Shown: positions 25,656-40,050, counted from the stretch's first letter. The stretch: 64,000 nucleotides of DNA from the human T2T-CHM13v2.0 reference genome, Homo sapiens (GCF_009914755.1 NC_060941.1), one strand, 5' to 3'. Notes: generated by a model not told the origin, from the sequence alone. Numbers and translations are program-made.

Positions 25656-26602
25656 CTTTAAAATATCAATCAGGGCCATCTCCTCCAAGGCCAAGTGCAA
25701 TTGCCCCCAACTACCACCAGAGGTCACTGTGGAAGAATGATCTCATACAGGTCTAGAGACACTTCCCACCACAGCCAAGGCCATGCTGGTGCTGGCCTAG
25801 ATAACCGCACAGTGGGGAGCTGCGGTTATATTTCCCTTAGTTCACAAGTACACATGTTCAACTGTTGTTACTCAGGTCTATACACTGTGTCAGGGGAACC
25901 AGGTGCTGAGACCCTTCCAGACGCGTTTATACACTGAGCTTCAACTAGATCTCCCTGAGCAATCTACCTGGCCCCTTCTCTCCAGTCCATGAACCCTGGT
26001 GAGTGCCACCACTCTCTGCCTTGTTTATTCCCCTCATCAAATGTTTCTAGGATCATAGTTACCATCTTGTTCCCTTTCGGCTGTGTGGATCTACAGGATC
26101 CATTTGCAGATTGGTCTACACCTTCTCAGGTCCCTACATAATAAAGAGAGACAGCTGCTATTTCTCAAAAAGTGTCTCCAACAGTATCCATCCCTCTTCC
26201 TGACAACACACACACAAAGTCCTTGTTACAACCTCAGGAAAATGACTGCCTCTCATAAAAGAAAATGTGGTTGTCCTTCACAGAGAAGGGCCACCGTTTT
26301 TTTGTTTTGTTTTGTTTTGTTTTCCCCCTAAATGATTGCTGTTATATCTGGCCAGATGCTCAGTCTTAGGTACTAAAAACACAAAACAAGCAAACAAAAC
26401 ATTGCCCTGGAGAAGCTTAAAATCCAGAGAAGTCAAGAAACTCCCAGACCACTCCAGGCAGGAAGGAATTGCCCCGTTTGATTAATTCTCATCCCATCAG
26501 ACATGCCTCCAAGGAGACCAAGAAATCCTAAGTACCAAGGACCATGAGAAGAAGATGGCTGAGGAGGCATACAAACAAAAGGAACCTTGAACAAGCAGAC
26601 CT

Positions 26603-27384
26603 CTATCATTGCCCTATGGGCTCTTTCTACCTGCTGCACAGACAAAACCAATTCACTGAGACCATGGTACTGCAGTAGAGAAAGAGTTTAATTAATGCAG
26701 AGTTAGCTAAGCAGAAGAATGGGAGTTATACCTCAAATCAATCTCCCCAGGAACTTAGAAGCTAGGATTTTCATGGATAATTAGATGGACAGGGGGCTAG
26801 GGAATGGATGCTGCTGATTGGTTGGGGATGAACTCATAAGGATTCAGTCCTCATGTGCTGAGTCTGCCTCTGGGTGGGGGCCACAGGACCAGTTGAGTCA
26901 TGAGTCCCAGATATGGGTGGAGTCATTTGGCTGTCAGAATGCAAAAATCTTGAAAACATTTCAAAGAGCAATCTGAGGCCCCACAATGGTGACATTATCT
27001 ATAGAAGCAACTGAGGAAGTCACAGATCTGGTGACCTTTGGCCACATGACTCCTGAGCAGCAAGGGATTATAGAAAGGCAAGCTAGGAGACAATGACTAG
27101 TAATCCTTTAGCTACATCTACATCTTTGCAGAATTCAGGCCCCTCCCATAATCCTACTCTTGTGGCCTTTCATTAGGCTTACAAAGGAAATTTCATTCCC
27201 TCAGCAAGCAGGGGATTCATTTTAGGGAGGAATTATTATCATCCATGCTTCTTCAAAGTTAAATATAAACTAAATTGCTCCTATGGTTAGCTTGGCCTAT
27301 GCCCAGCCTGTGAGGCTAGAAGGAAGATGGGGTCAACCATGCTAGACTTCTCCCACTCTTGTAATCTTTGCAAAGGCAGTTTCA
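26603..27384 (-). mobile_element. ERV1 solo LTR, LTR8 family (LTR8A/B-like)
   Basis: Minus strand starts TGAAACTGCCTTTGCAAAGATTA...TCTAGCATGGTTGACCCCATCTT.CTTCTAGCCTCACAGGCTG; contains AP-1 TGAGTCA at 26894-26900. Confidence 0.75.
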
Positions 27385-28214
27385 ACCCCACCCCAGCCAC
27401 CCCATCAGGAGATATAGCCCTTCATGCAGTTTTAGGGAGGAATGAGGTCCATGAGTTAGCTGTGGGTAGGCCAGGAGAAAAGCCAATTTCAGAATCCATC
27501 TACCTTTACCATCCCTTGCACATTGTGAGTAAATGCAGAACTAAGGAAGTGAAGTGAGTGATATCAAGGACAAACATCCCCTCACCTTCTAGTTAATTCC
27601 TTTTGACAACACAAGGCCTGAGGCACTTCAGCCTTAAACTGCGTTCAATGCCTTTGCTTTATTTCCAGGGAAATGCAGCAAGGATGTTGCCATGATGTGC
27701 GTACTCAGGATGTGGGGAAATGCAAGGAGGAGGGGTTCGAAGGCTTTGCATAAATAAATCAAATGAGGTTGAGCAACTGTTGAAATATGAGGAAATTGCT
27801 TCCAGCAGTTTAAAGTCTTGGCTTGACTCGTAATTTAACCTTGAATATAGTTTTCAAAAATCATTAAATCCCCAAAGCCTTCATCTCTAGCAGTGATTAG
27901 CCATGATGCAGTAAGCAGAAAGTTAATATATTTATGAGAAGGTATGTAATGCACGACAAATCTATTCATTCAGCACTCGTGTAGTGAATACTGACTGATT
28001 GCTTGCTCAGTTACTAGCACTGTGCTAAGTGCTGAGAGGTAGGATAGTGAACAAACACAGCCTCCTTCCCCACAAGGAGCTTACAATCTAATAGCAGGAG
28101 GGGACAAGGAGTCAAAATTTATGGAATACTGCTGCATGCCAGAAATTCTGCTAGGAATTTTTCACACATTAACCCCTGCAAGAACCATGCAATTTTCCCT
28201 GTATTATATATTAG

Positions 28215-28830
28215 TCAGGTGGTGCAGCTGTCTGGGGTAAATACCCAGGGTTCATCATCTCACGCCAAGAAGATGATGGACACGGGCACACACAAGGAGT
28301 GAGTTTAGGAGTGGAGATTTAATAGGCAAAAGAAAGAGAAAAGAGAACAGCTCTCTCTCTTGTGAGAGAGAGGGCTGCTTGAATGGGAGTTCTGGCCCAT
28401 GGTTGAGTGCACCAGATTTTATAGACAGGCTTGAGGAAGCAGTGTCTGATTTACATAGGGCCCACAGATTGGTTGGACCAGGTGTGATGTTTACATAGCA
28501 CGTGGGGAACACTGGCCACCCCACCCTAATCTTATGCAAATGGGCTTTTCACTTGGCTGGCGCCATGTTGTCTACTCCTTACTGTACACATGGCTGGCAA
28601 AGAGAAGGGAACATGGAGCCACCATTTTGAACATTCCTAGTCCCAGGTAGCCTTCACTCATGCAAGCTTCCAGCTTGCTTGTCTATGTCTGCCGCTCAAT
28701 TTTACAAGTTGCTGTTTGTTAGAAAAGAAAATGATTTTGGGGCTACTTTTCCTTAAAAAAGGAAAACCTTACCAAGGACTTCCATATCCTCACTATCTGC
28801 CTAAATAATTTCTTCTTAAGTCCTATATCA
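28215..28830 (-). mobile_element. ERV1 solo LTR, LTR9 family-like (616 bp), 4-bp TSD TTAG, interrupting a MIR
   Basis: Minus strand starts TGATATAGGACTTAAGAAGAAATTATTTAGGCAGATAGTGAGG; TTAG at 28211-28214 and 28831-28834; the MIR core resumes after 28835. Confidence 0.7.
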
Positions 28831-29199
28831 TTAGTAAACTCAGGCACTGAGAGGTTAAATAATTTACCCAATGCCACCTGGTTACAACTGGAAGATCCAG
28901 ACTTCAAACCATGGTCTGTTTAATTCCAAAATCTGTGCACTTCTTATCACTTTCTTCAAGGACAGAGCCAAACAGGAACAGAGGCTGCCCAACTCCCTTC
29001 TGTACTGAGCTCTGTTTTCCTGGTTTGCCATCTGTGTAACAAAATGGTGAGTGCAAATGTTAGTCGGGCCTAAGCAAGTCATGGTCCTCTTCCTAACAAA
29101 GTGAAGAGTTTTATTTTAATTTAGAGTTATATTAAGAAAACTAAAGAGATGGGATGAGAAGGTAAGAACTCCCTCTTAAGGATAATAGGAAGGAAATAA

Positions 29200-29430
29200 T
29201 GTGTTAACAACATCAATAGTTACTATAGTGCTCGCTGTGCACCAAACACATGCTAGGAGTAGGGCATGAATGGCTTAAAATTCTCAAACAACTCCATGGG
29301 GTAGATACGGTTATCATCCTCACTTTACAGAAGAGAAAAGTGAGATGTGGAAAAGATAAGAACTTGCTCAAGGTTACACAGCTGGTTAGTGGAAGAGCTG
29401 GATTTGACTCCAGGGTCTAGAGTGTTAGAA
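29200..29430 (-). mobile_element. MIR
   Basis: ttatcatcctcactttacagaagagaaaagtgag...aacttgctcaaggttacacagctggttagtgg. Confidence 0.8.
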
Positions 29431-29462
29431 TGAGAAGCAGTCATTGTATTGATGGCAGTAAA

Positions 29463-29469
29463 GACAGAC

Positions 29470-29521
<52 letters not shown>

Positions 29522-29594
29522 GACAGATGATAGATAATAGATAGATGATAGATAGATAGATGATAGATAATAGATAGATGATAGATAGATAAAT

Positions 29595-29652
<58 letters not shown>
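29463..29652. repeat. Compound (GACA)/(GATA)n tetranucleotide STR, ~190 bp
   Basis: Two long perfect GATA runs separated by GAT/GATAATA interruptions. Confidence 0.97.
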
Positions 29653-32600
29653 GGATCATAATCTGAAGTACACAAGGACCTACCCTCCAGTCGAGCTTTG
29701 AGCCTGCTACTCTGGCAACATAAAGGCAAGTTGGTCCCTGTGGCAGTGGTCGGCCAAGATTGACCCCAGCCCTTCTCCCAGGGAAGAAGGTCTTGCATCT
29801 GTGGTCATCTCTAGATAGTTATTGTGTATCTGGGAACTCATGGCTCTGCTGCTTCTTTGGTGACCCAGCACCCTGATCCTACTTACCTGACCTGTAGCAG
29901 AGAAGAAAGCAACTCCTATGCAGGGCTCTCAAAACTTGCCTTCTGAATATGCGTCACTGAATGGGACCTTGGTAGGGCTGTCCCCTTATTGGTTCTTGGG
30001 ACATTTCACCAAGAGGTGGGAGTGGGTGGGGAAGGGCAAAACTTCAGTGCTACAGGGTATTCTTTCTCTTCCAAGATAAACGCAGTTAAACCTGAATGGG
30101 TTGATTGCAGACGCTCTGAAGCCAAACTCTTGCTTACCTCACTTCCTAGCTTGTGTCATCTCACCCCGTAAGTCTTAAAATACTGGATCACTGCCCATAG
30201 TAAAACAGCTAACACTATTTACAGAGCAATAACATAATTAGCATCCAAACCTTAGATACTTTGCAAATGTAAAGGGAGCCATTCAACAATTACCCTGGAG
30301 AAACAGGCAAAAACAGGACTATCCTAGACATATCAGATATAAAGTCACCCTGCTTCTATAGGACCATCTACATGACAGACATGAAGTGTCACACAAGTAT
30401 GAACCCATTTAATCCTCATGGCAGCCTTTTTTATGTAGGAAGAATTATCATCATTTCTACGTTACTAATGAAGGAACTGACAGTCAAAATCACATAGCCA
30501 GAAAGCAGACATTGCTGTTAACCTCTGTGTTATATTTTCCATCCCCCTCAAACTAGTCATCCCCCAGCAAAAGAAAGGTATGCCTTTTCCTCTGGTCCTA
30601 AGCTTGCCTTCTGACAGAAGCTTGGAGAAGGCGGCAAAGGAAGAAAAGTGTGGGCAGAGAAGAGGGCAGCCAAGCCTATGATAGGAAGAAGGGCCACAGG
30701 ATCTTTCTAGTGCCAATCTTTAGTCACATCACACATCTTTATGACTTCAGATGGGCATCTGGGGCCTTGAGGTCACAAAATGAATAATGATCCTTACATT
30801 CCTGCATCTGCTTTTGGGGCTCGCCCTGTTAAAACCACAGGTAAGGACAACATGGGAAGATTTATAGTTCTCAGCCTGTGTACCTACCTGCCCCACCTGA
30901 TGGCCCTCCCATCTCTCCTCAAGCAATTGTTCAATGACACCCATGCAGCCTCCCAGTTGCCATGGAAATGGCAAGAATGCCTCTAATAGGAAGTAAGAAT
31001 GGAAGAAGATGATTGTACAGATTCCTCAAGCAATTCCTGAGCAAATTCTCCAATTACCCTTCGCATCCAGAGTCAAGGATTTCTCTGGGTTACAGGAACA
31101 GCACTGAGGCTTTCAACATCCTCACCCTGGCAAGCTGGTTGCCTCCTTTTGCCCAGCAGTGCCACAGCACTACTATGCACAGCAACTCGGCTCCCTTCTT
31201 TCAGCTGGATTCCTTTTGTGAGACTGTAATTCTGAAACACCCAGTGAAACTGGAACAGGAACAAGAAAGGGGATTCTTCTGTGATTGCCCCAAACCATTT
31301 GTTGTCTGCAGAAAACTTACATTGGTGCATCCATGGGCAGGGCATGAAGAGAGAGTCCACAGAGGAGCTTGACCCTCTCATCTTCCCAGAGATCTAAAGA
31401 GCAGGTGTGGTGAGGACCATCACTGAGGTCAATCAGAAATACCTGCTTGCTCCTGCCTTCATGAGAGATGGCTCTATTTAGCCACACAGACACATCCTTT
31501 TTCTACCTAGGCCTATCAACCTAATAGGAAATGGAGGCTCTGAAGACTAGTTTTACAAGGGGGTAAAAGAAAGTCTAGGAGGAAAATGGGGAGGAGAGTG
31601 GAGAAGTTGGGCACCAAGACAGCAGAAGTGTTGAAAATGTTTGGGACTAGATGGGAGACAGCCAAGGTCGGGGCGCTGGTGGCGGCAGATGGGAGAAGAG
31701 GGTACAGAGCAACTGGGCATCTGAAGGCCTGTCCAGCCCTGGGGTGCCCACTCCTGTGTTGTCAAGCAGCTCATTCCCTTCCTCAGACCTTGGATTTTGC
31801 CTCCATGGAGATCTCTTCCATCTCCGACATTTAATGTTCTAGAGATAGAGTGAAAAGACACAGGAAGTTGAAGCAGTATCAGAAAGTTTCAGAAATGCCC
31901 GCAGAGCAGCAGAGGCTTGGGCTCCAAAAAACACACTGCAAGGACACTTCTTCCCACGATTTTCTAAGGACCAGATGTGCCTCTTCTTATACTGGGTATT
32001 AATCCCAAACTCCCTTATCATACATTTAAACTGTTTGCCTAACTGTCCAGCTCTTAATTAGGCATGTAACTGGGGAAACAGGGACAATATACAAATGAGC
32101 AAACAATCCCCAAACTTTATTTCTGTTATTGCCTACAACTTCCTCCCACAGGCATTAAGTAGCCAAGCTGAATTTTTTGCCCTACAGTCATTTCCTTTTC
32201 CACTTCATTTTCTAATCCAAACGTTTGAGGGTCAAGTGTTTGGGGCCTTATTTAAACCACCAGCTGGAAAACAGTCCTCAGCAAAATAGAGGCATGAATA
32301 AGAGGCAAACATACATGTAGACAGACAAATTATTGTTGTGTGAGACTCATCTTTGATTTCAATTTGGGAACTGAGTTGAGTTCAATGCTGTCTCTTCATC
32401 TGTTTCTGTTATAACTGCAGGAAGCAGAGGGTTTCTGACTTCTCAACATGGTAAAACAAATAAACAAACAAAAACCAAACAAGCCCCTCACCCACAGGTG
32501 ACTGTCAAGCCTTTGTTCCCTTTGCTGCCACTGAAGCCAGACTGGCGCATCTGAGTAGGTTTCTGGGCTCTCTCCTACCTCTATGAAGTAATTCTAGGCT

Positions 32601-34359
32601 CACTGAGAAGTGACTCCTCCCACTACAGCTCACCCCCTAATGCATCAGGCCCACAACTGACCAGAATAGACTTCCTTTCTCTTTTCTGTCTGCTCCCTAT
32701 GGAGCAGTTGAGAAGGTTCATTTGCATACATCTTCATTTATTGTCCTTCCAAAGCCTTTGATACCGAGCACGCTAAGATGGGTATCCTCATTTTACAAAG
32801 ATCAAGGCAGAGAGAAGAGAAGGGACTCGCCTAGGATCACACAATTGACATGTCATCACTGTAAGTATTTTAAATGCAGGTATGACTCCCAAACCTATGC
32901 TCTCCAGCACTCTGCTTCCAGGTTTTCAGGTCCTGATTGTTGGAGAAGAGAGGGCAAGGGGTGGAGTTGGAGGTAGGAGGAAGTAGGTCAGAAATAAAAA
33001 ATATGCTAGAGAAAGATACGTTGCTTACTCTATTCTGCAATTTTTCCTTGGGTCTTCTTTCCCTTCTTGGCTGAGAGCATGCATTATTTATCCCTCACAC
33101 ACAGAATTTTTGTAGTCATAATAAAGGTCAGAAGGGGAGGAGACAGTTATCTAAATCTGCGCTATATCCAGGTGCACTTAGAATGACATATTGAGTCTAA
33201 TGGAATCTTTTGAGAAACAAAACAAGACATGAGCCTCAATGTTTCTTTTTTCAGTTTTTCCTTTCTTCTTCTTCTTTGCTCCCTTTCTCCTTCCAAAAAA
33301 AAAAAAAAAAAAAAAATTTGTTGGCAAGTTGGTATCCCTTCCAGACCCATTTTCATTCCTCCCTCCCTGAACTGTCCTTTGAGATAACCTCAGTGCTCTT
33401 TTCATACCTAAATCAGGGAGCCTGGGATGAGCTATGTCACTCTGATGCATTCTGGTGTAAGCTTTCCCTTCTCTGATTTTGGAACCCCCTTGGATAGCTT
33501 CAAAGTTCTCTTTTAAAATCCTCAAACCTATTCACTTTAATTAAAACAATAAATATGTGCTCTGTAGCGTTTGGCAAGAGTGACTTTGGGGATATTAAGG
33601 CATAAAAGTGAACAGATGGGATGTTGCAGTTCCGGAAAAGATGGACCCCCCCTTAGGCGGGTACTTGCCAGTTGGGTGATGCGCCTCCATCTACAACCAA
33701 CAGGGACATTTTCGTTACTGGTTACCGACCTTTTTGTTCTCCTCGGTTGACTATCCCTGACCTGATTTTCAGTCGTGTTCAGCCACAGTAAGCTGTCAAG
33801 CTGGTCTGTCTGCATTAGAGGCAGAAGACCTGCCGCTTTTACAAAAGATCCCTGAGTATAGGGCTATTTAGTTTTTTTTTTTAGTATCTGAAGGAAATGA
33901 GCCTGGCTCAGGAAGAGGGGTTCAGAAGCGTTTCATTCCGCTCTCATTCCTGGGACTCCACCAAAAACAACCACCAAAAAGATAAAATATTGTTTTAATT
34001 GCTGAAGCAAGGAAACTAGCAAATGTCTCCAAACAATAAATTATTAATTATATCTGCCAAATGCTGTCTTGATGGAGATGTGAGAACCAGGTGGGAGACC
34101 GCATTTACTGCCTCCGGTATCTGGAAGGGTGAGGATTTCCCTAGGGGAAGTGTCCTTGTCCCAAAGTTGATACCCAGGGATTCTCTGAGTGGAGTGGCAG
34201 TGTCTGGCATCATCTACAAGCTACAAGAGAGGTGGACATACATTGTAGAGAACAAGTTCATGTGGAATGGAGAAGAGTGGCTTTAGGAGTAATGATGGTA
34301 ATACATATTTTTAGATATCCAGATAATGAATAAATGACAATATAGCATAAAGATAAAAA

Positions 34360-36010
34360 ATAAGATTGTACAATATTGAAGGAGAACAAAGTTGGAGATG
34401 CTACCTGATTTTAAGACTTACTATCAAGCTACAATAATCAAGACTGCATGGTACTAGGGAAGAAAGAGACAAATGGATCCATGGAACAGAATAGAGGGCC
34501 CGGAAATAGACCTACAAAAATAATAGCCTGCTGATCTTTGACAACGGAGCAAAAGCAATAAAATGGAGGAAAAAAAAGTCTTTTCAACAAATACAGCTGG
34601 AACAACTGAACATGCACATGCAAGAAAAAAAAAAAAAAACCTCACGAATGTAGACACAGACCTTACACCTTTACCCAAAATTAACTGAAAATGGATCACA
34701 GACCTAAGTATAAAATATGCAAAATGAGAAAACTCCTAGATGATAATAGGAGAAAATCTAGATGACCTTGAGTTCAGAGATAATTTTAGATACAACACCA
34801 AAGGCATAATCCAGAAAAAAGAATTGTTAAGTTGGACTTCAGTAAAATTAAAAAGTTTTGCTCTGCAAGAGACCCTGTCAAGAGAACACTGTGATCTTAC
34901 CTGGCCACAACCTGAAGAAAATAATTGCAAGAGGCATATCTATTTGATAAAGAACTCTTATCCAAAATATACAAAGAACACTTAAAACTCAACAAAAAGA
35001 AAACAAACCTGATTCTTAAAAAAATGATACAAAGACCTTAACAGAAATCCCATCAAAGATTTTCAGATGGCAAATAATTACATAAAAAGACGTTCCACAT
35101 CATATGCCATGAGAGAAACACAAATTAAAACAATCAAAACAACAGTGCAATACACTGCACACTTATTAGAATGACCAAAATGCAGAACACCAACAAATTC
35201 TGGCTAGAATGTGAAGCAACAGGAACTGTCATTCATTGTTGGTATTGATGCAAAATGGTACAGCCGCTTTGGAAGACAGTTTGGTGGTTTTTTACAAAAC
35301 TTAATATACTCTAACTATGAGATACAGCAATCATGCTCCTTGGTATTTACCCAAAGGAGTTGAAAACTTATATCTACAAAATCTTGCTCACTTTTATTTA
35401 TAGGGCTTTATTCATAATTGCCAAAACTTGGAAGCAACCAAGATGTCCTTTAGTCAGTGAGTGAATAAATAAACTACCATACACGAGACAATGGAATACT
35501 ATTCAGCACTAAAAATAAATGAGCCATGAACAGACTTGGAGAAAATGTAAATGCACATTACTAAGTGAAAGAAACCAGTCTGAAGAGGCTACATCCTGTA
35601 TGATTCCAACTATACGATATTCTGGAAAAGGCAAACCTATGAAGACAGTAAGAAGATCAGTGGTTTTCAAGGATTAGTAGGAGGGAGAGATGAATTGGCA
35701 GATTACAGAGGAGTTTCAGGGCAGCAAATCTATTCTGCATGATACTATAATCATAGATACATGTCATTATACATTTGTCTAAACACATAGAATGGACAAT
35801 GTCAACAGTGAGCCCTAACATAAACTTTGGGTGATAATGATGTGTCAATGTAGGTTCCTCAGTTGTAAAAAATGTGCCTCTCTGGTGGGGGATGTTGATA
35901 ATGGGGAGGCTGTGCAGGTGGGGCAGGGGTTATATGAGAAGTCTGTGTTCCACTCAATTTTGCTGTGAAACCAAAACTGCCCTAAAAAAATAAAGTGTAT
36001 TAATAAAAAT
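34360..36010 (+). mobile_element. L1 ORF2 end plus 3'UTR (L1MC1/2-like)
   Basis: aacaaagttggag...ctacctgattttaagacttactat; 3' end ggatgttgataatggggaggctgtgca...ctcaattttgctgtgaaaccaaaactgc. Confidence 0.88.
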
Positions 36011-37049
36011 AATTTCATTAGAGAAGCATGAAGAAGAAGAAGAGAGAGAAAGGGAAGGAGAAGGAGATGAAAAAGAAGTCAGGATTCAGAGATGGAAAGT
36101 AAATTTTAGTTGACCATTTCCCTTGTGCCAGGCACTGTGCTAGATACTTTAAATATACATCTTATTTTGCTTTATTCTCAAAATAGTGCAAGATCAAGAT
36201 TCTTATCTCTATGTTAGGTATAATTAAATTGATAGTTATAGAAGTTAGATCATTATAACAAGGTCAAACAACTAGTAACAGACATTTTAACTCAGCTGTA
36301 CTGATGGCAAAGCCCAAGCTCCTTCAATTACATCCTCCTCCTCCTCCTCATCATCACTCACAGCATCTTCACCTTCATCATCACCGACATGCATTGAGCT
36401 CTCAGATGCATCATCCCTGTGAACACACAATCTTTTTATTTAATTCTCGCAACAACTCCATTTTGTAGTCAAGTACACTGGTGTTCAGACAAACTTAAAT
36501 AACACTTTCCAGATCGCACATCTGGTAAGCAGCAGAGCCCAGAGCTATCTGATTGCTTACTTTTAACCATGCTGATCTACTGTTTGTCACTATTTTCAGA
36601 TAGAGCCCATGGTTCCACTTACTGGATAACAAATCATTTTTCCTCTCTTGGATGTAACCTCCCCATCTACAAAATGAGCAGTTTGTACTAAATGATTTAA
36701 GATTCCTTTCCAATCTAATCTGACAAACTAATCTAATTTCAGAGCAGACGCGTGGAGGGAATGTTTTTGCTTTGGGTTTGTATTTCTGAAATAACCTGTC
36801 TTCTCTCTTCCCAGGAGACCAGCAGTAAATACACAGATAGATAAGACTCAAAAGAACCTACAAATCCTGTACAATGAAATCACGTGGCAAGAATGTGGTT
36901 ATTCTGAGAAACAGAATAAAGCAGCATTTTGCTGTGCCTTTTCACACAGCTGCCAATCAATGGTACATGCTGGCATACTTTCAGAATAGCTGCTCTGTTT
37001 AACCCAGTGACCCAGAGGCAGCAATTTGGAGCTTAGCAAGTCACATCCC

Positions 37050-37942
<893 letters not shown>

Positions 37943-37944
37943 TT

Positions 37945-37962
37945 TGGTGCCGTGACTCGGAT
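37945..37962 (+). other. Primer-binding site, tRNA-His
   Basis: TGGTGCCGTGACTCGGAT is the 18/18 reverse complement of the tRNA-His(GUG) 3' end including CCA. Confidence 0.97.
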
Positions 37963-38085
37963 CGGGGGACCTCCCTTGGGAGATCAATCCCCTGTCCTCC
38001 TGTTCTTTGCTCCGTGAGAAAGATCCACCTACGACCTCAGGTCCTCAGACCCACCAGCCCAAGGAACATCTCACCAATTTTAAAT

Positions 38086-38094
38086 CAGGTAAGC
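38086..38094 (+). other. HERV-H major splice donor
   Basis: CAG|GTAAGC about 150 nt downstream of the 5' LTR, the position of the usual HERV-H donor. Confidence 0.8.
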
Positions 38095-38364
38095 GGCCTC
38101 TTCTTACTTTCTTCTCCAACTTCTCTCACTGTTCCTCAACCACTTTCTCCTTTCCACTCTTCAATCTCTCCCTTCTCTTAATTTCAATTCCTTTCATTTT
38201 CTGGGAGAGACAAAGGAGACATGTTTTATCCGTGGACCCAAAACTCCAGTGCCGGTCACGGACTGGGAAGGCAGCCTTCCCTTGGTGTTTAATAACTGCA
38301 GGGACACCTCTCTGATTATACACCCACGTTTCAAGGGTGTCAGACCACGCAGGGACGCCTGCCT

Positions 38365-38762
38365 TGGTCCTTCACCCTTAGCGGCAAGTCCCGCTTTTCT
38401 GGGGAAGGGGCAAGTACTTCAACCCCTTCTCTCCTTGTCTCTACCCCTTTTCTGCTTTCCTGGGGCAGGGGCAAGTACCCCTCAACCCCTTCTCCTTCAC
38501 CCTTAGCGGCAAGTCCCACTTTCCTGGGGCAGGGGCAAGTACCCCTCAACCCCTTCTCTTTCACCCTTAGTGGCAAGTCCTGCTTTTCTAGGGGGCAAGA
38601 ATCCCCAATCACTTATTTCTGCACCCCAACCTCGTATCTCTGTGCCCCGACCGCTTATTTCTGTGCCCCGACCCCTTATTTCCATGCCCCGACCCCTTAT
38701 TTCTGAGTCCCATCCCTTATTTCCATGCCCCGACCTCTTATCTCTGCGCCCCAACCCCTTTT
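38365..38762 (+). repeat. HERV-H pre-gag tandem repeats
   Basis: Three copies of ttcacccttag(c/t)ggcaagtcc... followed by about seven ~21-bp cttatttc(t/c)(g/a)tgccccgacc units. Confidence 0.85.
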
Positions 38763-38899
38763 CCCACTTTTCTGGAAGGTAAGAACCCCCGAACCCCTTC
38801 CCTCCGTTTCTCTACTCTCTCTTTTCTCTAGGCTTGCTTCCTTCACTATAGGCAACCTTCCACCCTCCATTCCTCCTTCTACTCCCTTGGCCTGTGTTC

Positions 38900-40050
38900 T
38901 CAAAAACTTAAAACCTCTTCAACTCACACCTGGCCTAAAACCTAAATGCCTTATTTTCTTCTGCAATGCCGCTTGACCCCAATACAAACTCGTCAATAGT
39001 TCCAAATAGCCAGAAAATGGCACTTTGAATTTTTCCATCCTGCAAAATCCAAATAATTCCTGTCGTAAAATAGGCAAACGGTCTGAGGTGCCTGACGTCC
39101 AGGCATTCTTTTACACATCAGTCCCTTCCTAGTCTCTGTGCCCAGTGCAACTCGTCCCAAATCTTCCTTCTTTCCCTCCCGCCTGTCCCCTCAGTACCAA
39201 CCCCAAGCATAGCTGAGTCTTTCTAATCTTCCTTTTTTACAGACCCATCTGACCTCTCCCTTCCTCCCCAGGCTGCTCCTCGCCAGGCCGAGCTAGGTCC
39301 CAATTCTTCCTCAGCCTCTGCTCCTCCACCCTATAATCTTTTTATCACCTCCCCTCCTCACACCTGGTCCGGCTTACAGTTTCGTTCTGTGACTAGCCCT
39401 CCCCCACCTGCCCAGCAATTTACTCTTAAAAAGGTGGCTGGAGCCAAAGGCATAGTCAAGGTTAATGCTCCTTTTTCTTTATCCCAAATCAGATAGCGTT
39501 TAGTCTTTTTCATCAAATATAAAAATCCAGCCCAGTTCATTGCTCGTTTGGCAGCAACGCTGAGACGCTTTACGGCTCTAGACCCTAAAAGGTCAAAAGG
39601 CCGTCTTATTCTCAATATACATTTTATTACCCAATCTGCTCCTGACATTAAATAAAACTCCAAAAATTGGAATCTGGCCCTCAAACCCCACAACAGGACT
39701 TAATTAACCTCACCTTCAAGGTGTACAATAACAGAAAAAAGTTGCAATTCCTTGCATCCACTGTGAGACAAACCCCAGCCACATCTCCAGCACACAAGAA
39801 CTTCCAAACGCCTGAACCGCAGCAGCCAGGCATTCCTCCAGAACCTCCTCCCCCAGGAGCTTGCTACATGTGCGGGAAATCTGGCCACTGGGCCAAGGAA
39901 TGCCCGCAGCCCGGGATTCCTCCTAAGCCGCGTCCCATCTGTGGGACCCCACTGAAAATCAGACTGTTCAACTCACCTGGCAGCCACTCCCAGAGCCCCT
40001 GGAACTCTGGCCCAAGGCTCTCTGACTGACTCCTTCCCAGATCTTCTCGG
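38900..40050 (+). pseudogene. HERV-H gag remnant with an intact first NC zinc knuckle
   Basis: [14 protein letters not shown] (CX2CX4HX4C) at 39862-39903; second knuckle broken; multiple stops upstream. Confidence 0.88.

Noticed and set aside
29325-29798. ORFs with IYLS repeats (also the 52752-53243 F/L/S- or K/E/R-rich ORFs)
   Set aside because: Translations of GATA and polypurine simple repeats.
37945-37962. tRNA-His gene
   Set aside because: Only the 18-nt complementary primer-binding site; no tRNA body.
38365-38762. Repeat-spacer-like array resembling CRISPR
   Set aside because: Degenerate tandem repeats of the HERV-H leader with no unique spacers, no cas genes and a eukaryotic context.
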